DNA from: a virus
DNA: 64,000 bases
IMG/VR virus record: IMGVR_UViG_3300019762_000005
Coordinates: 1 to 64,000 of that record
Strand: one strand, 5' to 3'
Below the pieces are notes generated by a model, which searched no databases, was not told where the DNA came from, and was given only the letters and a program-made list of their open reading frames with translations. The first letter of the stretch is position 1. Each line of letters opens with the position of its first letter. This document shows positions 40,276 to 48,544 of the stretch, piece after piece. The position numbers and the translations under genes were made by a program.

Positions 40276-40614
40276 ATGAAGTATAATTTTACAGTAAGAG
40301 TACATGCCGACGAAGATAGAAGTAGCGGAGGTTTAAGTGACATTAGATACATTGATATATCTGGAATAGTCTTAATATCTAAGCCAGAGAAATTCGGAGG
40401 AGTATGTTTTCATAAAGGAAATCAGAAAAAACACAAGTACACTATGAATTTGTCAAAGAATTTTGCATATGTGGCAGGGTCTATTAACTATCCAATACTG
40501 TGGATAAATAAAGGATTCATTGATATAGTTGTTAAAAACTTCCCAAGAAAACCAGAGTTGAATCTTAATGAATACCAATTAAAGTACAGAAAAATAGAAA
40601 TTATCAACCAATAA
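40276..40614 (+). CDS. Hypothetical protein
   Basis: Co-oriented ORF. Confidence 0.6.
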   Translation: MKYNFTVRVHADEDRSSGGLSDIRYIDISGIVLISKPEKFGGVCFHKGNQKKHKYTMNLSKNFAYVAGSINYPILWINKGFIDIVVKNFPRKPELNLNEYQLKYRKIEIINQ

Positions 40615-40625
40615 AAACTACACCC

Positions 40626-41054
40626 ATGAATATACATAAAGATTTAGAGAAGATTACTATGATTGCAATGCATTATGCTAAAGAGCATAAATGCAACTAC
40701 TATATCATAATGACGAATCCTGATGAAAATGGAGAGTTTCAAGACTCTAGCACTTATGAATATGTTGCTGCAAGCTATTTTGAAAAAGAGAGAACTTGCA
40801 AGGTTATATCTACTACTGAAGAACTATGGAGCAGAGAAGAGATAGAGCCAGGCAGTCCTTTTAAACAGATCGACCATGAAGCTTTCATAAATGAAGTAAA
40901 TAGTAGTTATAAAATCAGGAACTATTCATCTCCAACAGAAGAAAGTAGGTACAGAAGACCACAACAATACAGGAGAGAGTCTCCAAAGATTCAGAGGAAC
41001 AGTAAGTGTCCATGTGAGTCAGGAAAGAAATACAAGCATTGTTGCTTGAAATAA
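40626..41054 (+). CDS. SEC-C motif protein
   Basis: C-terminal KIQRNSKCPCESGKKYKHCC. Confidence 0.85.
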   Translation: MNIHKDLEKITMIAMHYAKEHKCNYYIIMTNPDENGEFQDSSTYEYVAASYFEKERTCKVISTTEELWSREEIEPGSPFKQIDHEAFINEVNSSYKIRNYSSPTEESRYRRPQQYRRESPKIQRNSKCPCESGKKYKHCCLK

Positions 41055-41063
41055 CTAGATATT

Positions 41064-41531
41064 ATGACAGATCAATTAGTAAGCAAGAAAGTAGCAATAC
41101 TAGCTAGAAAGAAAGCGTTCAACAAGCCTTGCAGGTGGGTTCACTATATGCAAGAAGAGCAAGAAGTGCCAAGTAAAATAGATTCAGAAGAGATATTTAA
41201 CTCTGATATAGAAAAAAAGATAGTTGCTACTCCTACTCAGACATCACTATCGACTTGGATTAGAAAGATGAGAGGTGTTCATATTGAAATTGGAAGAAGT
41301 GCATCTGGATACTATTGGGATATGTGTATGTCAGATTCAGGAACTAATCTAGGTGGTAGCGGAATTACTGGTCCAAATGATAGTGGTCAATGGGATGAAT
41401 ATGAAGATGCTTTAGAAGACGCATTAGAACTTCAATTATCAATGGACTTACCAGAAAACTTCAACTCAATAAAACATTGGAGTAATTATGCTCATTTTGC
41501 ACAAAAGAAAAGAAAAAAGAATAACAAGTAA
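41064..41531 (+). CDS. Hypothetical phage protein
   Basis: VSKKVAILARKKAF..PTQTSLSTWIR..YEDALE, a recurrent Bacteroidota-phage pattern. Confidence 0.65.
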   Translation: MTDQLVSKKVAILARKKAFNKPCRWVHYMQEEQEVPSKIDSEEIFNSDIEKKIVATPTQTSLSTWIRKMRGVHIEIGRSASGYYWDMCMSDSGTNLGGSGITGPNDSGQWDEYEDALEDALELQLSMDLPENFNSIKHWSNYAHFAQKKRKKNNK

Positions 41532-41554
41532 AACATTTAAAAATCAACAACAAC

Positions 41555-42394
41555 ATGGCTATAAAGAAGAAAAAACCAATGAAAATAGTAGGACAAGAAG
41601 CTTTAATAAAAGAAGTAGGAAATGTCTTCAAGGTATTTAAAGCTTCAGAAGGAGAGTTAAGACCACATTTTATACTTACTGGACCAAGTGGTTCAGGTAA
41701 GACAGTAACAATTCAAAGTATGTGTGATGAGCACGAGTTGAATTATGTAGAAATTAACGCTGCTCAGTTAACAAAAGAAGGAACGAGTGGTAATTCATTA
41801 TCAAAAGCTTTAGGTCCTTTAGGTCAAAGCCAAGGAAAGATGACAGTATGTTTTGTCGATGAATTCGATAAGCTTTTTATATCTGGAAATAGTAATGATA
41901 GTTCAGCACATGAATCATCAACTGGAGTTCAGAATGAATTTCTAAAAGTATTAGAATCAGATACTACGCAAGTATTTGGTGATTATGGAAAATTCATTAG
42001 CATTCCTATCAAGAATGTATTATTCATTTTTGCTGGAGCGTTTAATGGAGAAGAGCATATCACAGTTGATAGACTTCGAGAGATAGGAATTAAGACAGAG
42101 TTTTTAGGTAGAGTTGGATTAGTGTATAATACTCAAAAGCTTTCATTGGAGGCTTTGTATACAATAGTTGAAAACTCTCCTTTACTTGCTAAATATCTTT
42201 TGATATATAAAGACGTAAAACGAGAAGATGTAGAATCAACTATTAAAGACTATATTAAAAATAATTTCGAGTTGAACACTTTAGGTGCTAGACTAATATC
42301 TACGCTTATTCATCAATACTTCATTAAAGGAGGTAAAATTGGTGAAGACGAGGTTAAAGAATTAACTTTTCAAAAGACTTTAACTCTTGACTAG
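41555..42394 (+). CDS. ClpX/HslU-like AAA+ ATPase
   Basis: IVGQE, GPSGSGKT, FVDEFDKL, GVQNEFLKVLE, LFIFAGAF, EFLGRV, LGAR. Confidence 0.85.
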   Translation: MAIKKKKPMKIVGQEALIKEVGNVFKVFKASEGELRPHFILTGPSGSGKTVTIQSMCDEHELNYVEINAAQLTKEGTSGNSLSKALGPLGQSQGKMTVCFVDEFDKLFISGNSNDSSAHESSTGVQNEFLKVLESDTTQVFGDYGKFISIPIKNVLFIFAGAFNGEEHITVDRLREIGIKTEFLGRVGLVYNTQKLSLEALYTIVENSPLLAKYLLIYKDVKREDVESTIKDYIKNNFELNTLGARLISTLIHQYFIKGGKIGEDEVKELTFQKTLTLD

Positions 42395-42557
42395 AGATTA
42401 AAACATACAGTTGTAGGATTAAAACCAGCGACTACTAACAATGAAAATTGCAGCTAGGTCTGTATGTTTTATAATTATAAATCACTAAAAGGAAAGCTTT
42501 ATTAGACCATCAAGACTACATCAAATTCTTAGAAGCTGAATTAGAAATGTAAAACAT

Positions 42558-42724
42558 TAACTACAGAATGAACAGAGTGCCTGTGCAGAAATGCAATTTA
42601 ACATAGTCAGGTTCGATCAGAGGAATGACTCGGGAATAGGTTCAAGAAAGGTGATAAACAGGATATTTAGTTATCAGGCCTATTATTGATTAGCGTTAGG
42701 ACTATCATAGTCATTCTGTAGTTA
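42558..42724 (+). ncRNA. Putative structured RNA closed by a 14-bp stem
   Basis: TAACTACAGAATGA/TCATTCTGTAGTTA with internal ATAGTC/GACTAT, AATAGG/CCTATT, TGATAA/TTATCA. Confidence 0.5.
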
Positions 42725-42874
42725 TTAGTAAAGTGAGAGCCAAACACTTAAAAAGCGAGGTTCGTATATGACCTGTAAACAAAGATATAATAGTAATGCT
42801 AGAAATCGCTATGAAAATTAGTGAGCTGCTCGGAAAAGAAGCGGTCAGTAGTATTATGATAAACAAACTGTAAA

Positions 42875-42948
42875 GTGTCGTTAGTAGAGTGGCCTAGCAC
42901 GTCTTGTGTAAAAACGAGGAAACATTGGTTCGAATCCAATACGGCATT
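42875..42948 (+). tRNA. tRNA with 8-nt anticodon loop (undetermined/pseudo)
   Basis: Acceptor GTGTCGT/ACGGCAT, T arm ATTGG-TTCGAAT-CCAAT, anticodon stem TCTTG/CGAGG with loop TGTAAAAA. Confidence 0.7.
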
Positions 42949-42963
42949 CAATTATTATTAAAA

Positions 42964-43046
42964 GGGGAGGTAAAGGCAACAATATAGGTTTAGTAGATTT
43001 CTATTAGATAGGGGTCTAAATGCAGGTTCGAGTCCTGTCCTTTCCA
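42964..43046 (+). tRNA. tRNA-like RNA with degenerate D/anticodon arms
   Basis: Acceptor GGGGAGG/CCTTTCC, T arm GCAGG-TTCGAGT-CCTGT; central 8-bp hairpin with 4-nt loop. Confidence 0.55.
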
Positions 43047-43084
43047 CTTATTACAAAAAAACACATTTAAAAAAAAACAATCCT

Positions 43085-43288
43085 ATGAAAGGACTAAGAC
43101 AAAAGTTTGAAAAAGATGAAATAGTAGGTCTTGATAAAGATTTAGCAACTAGTAGTGAAGTCAAAGTGGTTTCACAATCATCAGGAAGGTTATATACAAC
43201 TGTTACAGCAAGCGACTATAGATGGTCTGTTATGACGTATAGGTTAAGTAAATTGAATCCTGAGAAAGAAGAAGATATTAAAACCTAG
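43085..43288 (+). CDS. Hypothetical protein
   Basis: Co-oriented ORF. Confidence 0.6.
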   Translation: MKGLRQKFEKDEIVGLDKDLATSSEVKVVSQSSGRLYTTVTASDYRWSVMTYRLSKLNPEKEEDIKT

Positions 43289-43292
43289 CGAA

Positions 43293-43892
43293 ATGATAGT
43301 AGATATTAAAGATGAAAATAGTTCTGAGGAAAGAAGTGCAGAAATAAACGATCTTTTACCAAAAGTTCCGTTAACAACTTCAATTCATAAAAAGATTGAA
43401 AAGCTCCTATGTCCTTTGATGGTGAAAGCTATAAAAGCTGAACTTGAGATATACAGAGCCTATCCTAAAAGAATGAATGAAGATCCAAAAGTGGCTACTA
43501 AAACATTTGACACTAGGAATCCTTCAACATGTTTTGTTGGTAAAGGATTTAAAATGAATTCTTCCTTGGTAGATAAGGAGTTAGCAATATATAGGAGCAA
43601 AATAGGAACTATAGAACACAAAGAATGGGGTAACTGTACCTTGTTAGAAATATGGGGAGGCGACCATTTTGCTGAACATCCTAAGATGGTTAAAGCTGCA
43701 TTTTCTTATGGAGTTGGACTTCGTGATACTATGCCTACAATAAAGATTTACGTTAATCCTCTTGTATATACTGAAAAATCAGGAAAGACTAAGTACACTC
43801 AGGAGGAAATCGAAGAAAGAGAAGCGTTTGACCTAATGGTCGCTAAAGCTCAGTTATTTGGAGTAAAAGAACCTAAAAAACGAAGAAGGTAA
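43293..43892 (+). CDS. Hypothetical protein
   Basis: 199-aa ORF. Confidence 0.7.
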   Translation: MIVDIKDENSSEERSAEINDLLPKVPLTTSIHKKIEKLLCPLMVKAIKAELEIYRAYPKRMNEDPKVATKTFDTRNPSTCFVGKGFKMNSSLVDKELAIYRSKIGTIEHKEWGNCTLLEIWGGDHFAEHPKMVKAAFSYGVGLRDTMPTIKIYVNPLVYTEKSGKTKYTQEEIEEREAFDLMVAKAQLFGVKEPKKRRR

Positions 43893-44104
43893 TGTATAAA
43901 ACTGAACCACATATTCTAATTCATAAAGAAACGAAAGAGTTTGTGTACTACGATGAAGATGGAGTAAGCTAAACTTCTAAAGACGGAAAGAAAGCTAAAA
44001 TATTTATGGGATTAAAAAGTGCTAACTCCTATAAGAATGTAATGTTGAGTGACGATTACAAAGCATATAAAGTATCAAAGATAATCGTTAAAGAAAATTT
44101 ATAA
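43892..44104 (+). pseudogene. Small gene interrupted by an in-frame TAA (43970-43972)
   Basis: MYKTEPH...EDGVS*TSKDGKKAKIF...KENL*; the frame continues 43 codons after the stop and fills the gap exactly. Confidence 0.5.
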
Positions 44105-44111
44105 ATTAGAT

Positions 44112-44807
44112 ATGAAAAAAATTGAAAGCAAATTGAAAGAATTTCTTACTTCTGTTTCTAGTGGAAATGGATATGGACATGGATATGGAGATGGAAATGG
44201 AAATGGACGTGGACATGGATATGGAAATGGACGTGGAGATGGAAATGGAGATGGAAGTGGAGATGGATATGGAGATGGAAGTGGAGATGGATATGGAAAT
44301 GGAGATGGGAGCGGAGATGGGAGCGGAGATGGATATGGACATGGATATGGAATCATAAGTTTTTGTGGAGATCCTGTAGTTTATATTGACTCCACAAAAA
44401 CTGTGGTAAGTCACATTAAAGGAAAAATACTTCAAGGATATATATTAGATGAAAGTTTAAGATTAACTCCTTGTTTCGTTGTTAAAGAAAAAGATGTATT
44501 TGCTCATGGAGAGTCTTTAAAAAAGGCTTATAAATCTTTAAAAGAGAAGATCTTATTAAAAAACCCCATTGAAGATAGAATCCAAGCTTTTGTTGACGTA
44601 TTCGAAAAAGGAATAAAATACAAAGCTGAAGAGTTTTACAACTGGCACTTTATTTTAACAGGTAGTTGTCAGATAGGGAGAGATATTTTTTTAAAAGAAA
44701 ACGACATATCATTATCTAGTAAGATGACAGTGAAGGAATTTATTGAAAAAACAGAAGATAAATATCAGGGAGATATTATAAAACAATTAAAATTAAAATA
44801 TAAATAA
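44112..44807 (+). CDS. Gly-X repeat (GDGYG-type) protein
   Basis: ~65 aa G-x dipeptide repeat, then FAHGE..., WHFILTGSC..GR..F domain. Confidence 0.8.
   Translation: MKKIESKLKEFLTSVSSGNGYGHGYGDGNGNGRGHGYGNGRGDGNGDGSGDGYGDGSGDGYGNGDGSGDGSGDGYGHGYGIISFCGDPVVYIDSTKTVVSHIKGKILQGYILDESLRLTPCFVVKEKDVFAHGESLKKAYKSLKEKILLKNPIEDRIQAFVDVFEKGIKYKAEEFYNWHFILTGSCQIGRDIFLKENDISLSSKMTVKEFIEKTEDKYQGDIIKQLKLKYK
44160..44352 (+). repeat. Hexanucleotide coding repeat (GGA-NAT type)
   Basis: ggaaat/ggatat/ggagat/ggacat units. Confidence 0.9.
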
Positions 44808-44809
44808 TT

Positions 44810-45100
44810 ATGATAGGCAAAAAAGTTATCACAAGAAATGATGGAGCTGGAGTGTTTTTTGGAGAATTAGTCTCAGCTAAAAAGGACAAAGTAATACTTA
44901 AAAATGTTAAAAAGCTATATTATTGGTCAGGAGCGGCAGCAATTGAACAATTAGCTGTAGAAGGAGTAAAGTCGCCAGAAAAATGTAAATTTACAGTAGT
45001 TGTAGAGGAAATGGAAATAGGTCAAACATTGCAAATAATTCCATGTACAAAAGAAGCTATAAAAAATATTGAAGCCGTTCCTACTTGGAGAATTGATTAA
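44810..45100 (+). CDS. Sm-like/DUF6948-type protein, usual partner of Gly-X repeat genes
   Basis: IGKKVITR..AGVFFG..LYYWSGA..LAVEG..IIPC pattern. Confidence 0.7.
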   Translation: MIGKKVITRNDGAGVFFGELVSAKKDKVILKNVKKLYYWSGAAAIEQLAVEGVKSPEKCKFTVVVEEMEIGQTLQIIPCTKEAIKNIEAVPTWRID

Positions 45101-45120
45101 AGTATCAAAAATAAATTACC

Positions 45121-45441
45121 ATGCTCGAAATAGGAAACAAAGTAATATGTGTAGATGCAAGCATCCAGAATCACATGATAGAAGAGCTATCTAAAGACGT
45201 TCCTAATTGGGTGAAGCAAGACGAAATATATACCGTCAGAGGCTTTAACAACAACAAAGGAATAGTAGTAGGTGTCCTTTTAGAGGAAATAAGTAATCCA
45301 ATAAAATTCTTTAAACTAACAGGTGAATATCAAGAACCTGCTTTTGCTACTTGGAGATTTAGAAAACAAGAAGAAGCATATATTGATTCGCTAGAAATTG
45401 AAGAAGAAAGTATTAGAGAGTTTGAGGTTTTAGAAAACTAA
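45121..45441 (+). CDS. Hypothetical SH3-like phage protein
   Basis: GNKVICVD..YTVRG..GVLLEEI.NP..EPAF..WRF. Confidence 0.65.
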   Translation: MLEIGNKVICVDASIQNHMIEELSKDVPNWVKQDEIYTVRGFNNNKGIVVGVLLEEISNPIKFFKLTGEYQEPAFATWRFRKQEEAYIDSLEIEEESIREFEVLEN

Positions 45442-45475
45442 CCCCTCCGCCTCCACAAGAAAAAAAAAGAAAGCG

Positions 45476-45823
45476 ATGTTAAAAATTAAATGGAAAAAAT
45501 CAAAAGGAGGAAGAGCTTTTGAGCACATATTAGAAGGGTGGGTTGGAAATCTACACTCTTTCAATATAGAAGGTCGTTTATGTGTAACTGACCTAAGAGG
45601 GATTAGAAAAACCCCTTGGCAAGCACCAAAACACTACATCATAGATGAGGTAGATAACAAAAGAGAGTTTGCTAAAAACATGGCTTATGAAATTTTAAAC
45701 AACATAAATCCAGAAGTTTACAAAGCTAACTTAGAAAAGCAAAGAATTGATAACGAGAGAACTCAAAAAGTCATGAAAGAGGCACAAGACTTTTTAGATA
45801 AGATTCAAAAAAAACAACAATAA
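45476..45823 (+). CDS. Hypothetical protein
   Basis: Co-oriented ORF. Confidence 0.6.
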   Translation: MLKIKWKKSKGGRAFEHILEGWVGNLHSFNIEGRLCVTDLRGIRKTPWQAPKHYIIDEVDNKREFAKNMAYEILNNINPEVYKANLEKQRIDNERTQKVMKEAQDFLDKIQKKQQ

Positions 45824-45825
45824 CT

Positions 45826-46035
45826 ATGAAAATATTTGAAGTTAAAGAATTTACAGATGGAGGTCCTAACGATAAAGGAGTCTTAATTGGCTACGAAAAA
45901 GGAGAGTCAAGTGAACAGTTAAAAAAGAAAAATGGAATAACTCATGGTTTCATATCTTTTCATGAAATATCTCAAGAGGAATATAACCGAAGAAAAGAAG
46001 GAGCTCGTAGACATTTTGAGTCGTTCACCTTTTAA
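45826..46035 (+). CDS. Hypothetical protein
   Basis: Co-oriented ORF. Confidence 0.6.
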   Translation: MKIFEVKEFTDGGPNDKGVLIGYEKGESSEQLKKKNGITHGFISFHEISQEEYNRRKEGARRHFESFTF

Positions 46036-46061
46036 TTATTAACAATATTAAAAACTATATT

Positions 46062-46244
46062 ATGACAATAGGAGAAATCAACTTACTATTAATATTATCA
46101 ATCTGTATTGTAATAGGGTTATTTACTAGCGATTTTCTATGGTTTTTACAACCTCTAAGAAGCTGGGAAGGAAGAATACTAATATTAATGCTAATAATAT
46201 TAACAACAGCTCTATCGTACTTAATATGGTGGATGAATCATTAA
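46062..46244 (+). CDS. Small 2-TM membrane protein
   Basis: Two hydrophobic helices. Confidence 0.6.
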   Translation: MTIGEINLLLILSICIVIGLFTSDFLWFLQPLRSWEGRILILMLIILTTALSYLIWWMNH

Positions 46245-46362
46245 AATATTAACATTTATAAATTATCCTCCTTATGTATTTGAAAGAGTACGCATTATAA
46301 AAACTAGGCTGTAGAGGTAACGCGCAGTATAGGGGAAGTTTATAAATAAAACAAAAAGACTC

Positions 46363-48141
46363 ATGAAAGACGAAGAATTATTAAGAAAAGCAAATTGGCT
46401 GTATCCAAAAGGCACAGTATTTAACTCTTTAGGAGGGGTGAAAAACATTACAGTTGATGAGTTGAACTTAAAAAAATCAAACACAAGAACCATAGAATGT
46501 AAAGAGGGATACCTTTATAATAAAGTAGACGATAAATGGGCTGAGATAGTTTCAAGACCAAATCAATACTTCCGAGTGTCAGATGTAGGAGAATACTACC
46601 CTTCAAGATCAGAAGGAAAAAAATATCCAGGATACATACCTGAAAAATCAATGACTACAGGTCTTTATAAAGTCATAGGAAGAGAGTTTTCAGAAAATAT
46701 AGGAGAACTTTTAGTACTTTCAAATAAAAGTGGAGTGTTTTTTTACAAAGGAACTTCAAGACATCTTGAAGAAATTTCTAAAGAAGAGTATGGAGGTACA
46801 CCTGCAAATAGGTATAAAGGAGATTTAAAAGGATTCCCTACTGAAGTAGTAGAGAAAATGCTAGAATTTCAAGTAGCTCAAGGTAATAAAAGAGATGTAA
46901 CTGTGTTTGAAAATGATAAACGGGGGGTAAAAGACGATGGTGGTTTTGATTGGCGTAGTGACAACATTGTAGGTATTCCAGATTTTTTCAGTAGAGTTAT
47001 AGGTGAAAGAGATTTTAGCTTGTTCTTTAAAGTATTTCCTAATCCAGAGACTTTCTCAGGAAAGATAAAGGGATGGCCTAAAGAAATTGTACATGCTATG
47101 ATCTCTAACCAAGTAAAACAAGGTAACAAGCCAGATAAATCTATATTCGAAGAAATTCCATCAAGAAATCTTTATAATAGAGGATTTGACTGGGATAAAT
47201 CTACAGAAGGTTCACTTTTATGGGAAAAAGTTTTAGCAAATGGAAATCATAAAGCTTTCTTTGATAAAGATATTGAAGAAAGTAAGCCTGATGTAGATCT
47301 AAAAAACTTAGAAGAAGTAAAGAAAGCTATATTATCTGGAGAATTGTGGATAGATAATAATTCTAAAAAACTTAAACCTGAGGATCTAAAAAGTTTAATT
47401 TCAGAAGATACCAGAAGTAGGTGTAGTTACAAATATTACTATAAAAATTCTTTGAATGATAATATAGGGTTTTCAAATTCAGATAAGAAGAAATCGTTAA
47501 TACCAACTATAGAAGCTAAAGATCTTCAAAAAATGTTGAATGTACGTGAAGAGTTTAAAAAAGGAGAGTATATAGTCCTAATAGAAGATAATGGAAGTTC
47601 AGCTTTTAAAGGAAATCACTGTTATAAACAAGCTTGCAATAGAGGTCATATTTACGTAGAAATATCTTCTAGTCAAATTAAAAACGGTCAATGGGCTATT
47701 TATAAATTCAAAGACAAAGACAAAACTTGGAGGTATGCTACGATGTTAGAAATAGCAGAGTACAACGAAAGAGGCAAGCCTTATGACGTTAGTGAAGTGA
47801 AGCCTTTAGAATTTAAAACTGTGCCAAGATCAGCACACGCTTCTAAAGGAGGTAGACCTTCTAGCTTTGGACAAATTGTATTGTATGGAACTGGAGGTGA
47901 AGTGAATGGAAAAGGTTTCTTTGAAAAACAATTTATAACAGGTGTTGATCCAATAATTGAAGATTGCTCCGACTTTTTAACAGAGTATCCTTTTACTACT
48001 GAAGAGTCGTTCAAGAAGAAGAATTGGTCAAGACAATTAGTATCAGATCATTTTTCACCAATAAAAGAAAAACAAGAGGCAGAGGTAAGCCTTCGATTAC
48101 CTAGTGAAATAAATATTTACAAACATTTAAAAAACCATTAA
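46363..48141 (+). CDS. Mosaic multi-domain protein A (592 aa) with TerL-like motif segment
   Basis: Internal duplication (KG[FW]PxE[VI]VxxM..QVxQGNK..GFDW x2); modules shared with 51942..53723; TerL-like motifs at aa 492-550. Confidence 0.75.
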   Translation: MKDEELLRKANWLYPKGTVFNSLGGVKNITVDELNLKKSNTRTIECKEGYLYNKVDDKWAEIVSRPNQYFRVSDVGEYYPSRSEGKKYPGYIPEKSMTTGLYKVIGREFSENIGELLVLSNKSGVFFYKGTSRHLEEISKEEYGGTPANRYKGDLKGFPTEVVEKMLEFQVAQGNKRDVTVFENDKRGVKDDGGFDWRSDNIVGIPDFFSRVIGERDFSLFFKVFPNPETFSGKIKGWPKEIVHAMISNQVKQGNKPDKSIFEEIPSRNLYNRGFDWDKSTEGSLLWEKVLANGNHKAFFDKDIEESKPDVDLKNLEEVKKAILSGELWIDNNSKKLKPEDLKSLISEDTRSRCSYKYYYKNSLNDNIGFSNSDKKKSLIPTIEAKDLQKMLNVREEFKKGEYIVLIEDNGSSAFKGNHCYKQACNRGHIYVEISSSQIKNGQWAIYKFKDKDKTWRYATMLEIAEYNERGKPYDVSEVKPLEFKTVPRSAHASKGGRPSSFGQIVLYGTGGEVNGKGFFEKQFITGVDPIIEDCSDFLTEYPFTTEESFKKKNWSRQLVSDHFSPIKEKQEAEVSLRLPSEINIYKHLKNH

Positions 48142-48142
48142 A

Positions 48143-48538
48143 ATGGCAGGAAAAAAATTAATGACAAGGTACAAAGATGAATTGAAGAAATCTTCAGAAG
48201 ACATCTTAATTGAAACTTTAGAGCATCGTGTAGAAGACTTCAGAGATAATACTGATGAAACTATCGACAAGCTAAAAAGAGAGAAGGAAGTAGAATTTCC
48301 TAAATTAATTAAAAGAGCCAAAGCTAAGGTAAGCAAAGCAAAAGAAGATCTTAAGAAGGTTAAAACTTTTGGACCTATGAGTCATAAAAACTTTGACTCA
48401 TACATAAGTGCGGTCATCTCTGCTGAAAAAGAAGTTTCGGTAGTAGAATCAGCATTGAACGTTCTTGAAGGTCAATTGAGCTCTACAGAAGCTCAATTAG
48501 CTTTTTATGAAGATATTAAAGAGTCAATTTCTGACTAA
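48143..48538 (+). CDS. Coiled-coil partner protein A
   Basis: Aligns by eye with 53726..54166. Confidence 0.7.
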   Translation: MAGKKLMTRYKDELKKSSEDILIETLEHRVEDFRDNTDETIDKLKREKEVEFPKLIKRAKAKVSKAKEDLKKVKTFGPMSHKNFDSYISAVISAEKEVSVVESALNVLEGQLSSTEAQLAFYEDIKESISD

Positions 48539-48544
48539 TTGATA

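Noticed and set aside
44099-44435. Alternative-frame ORFs over the Gly-X repeat (PYPCP, ISISIS, MEMDMD)
   Set aside because: By-products of a stop-free hexamer repeat; only the Gly frame continues into a globular domain.
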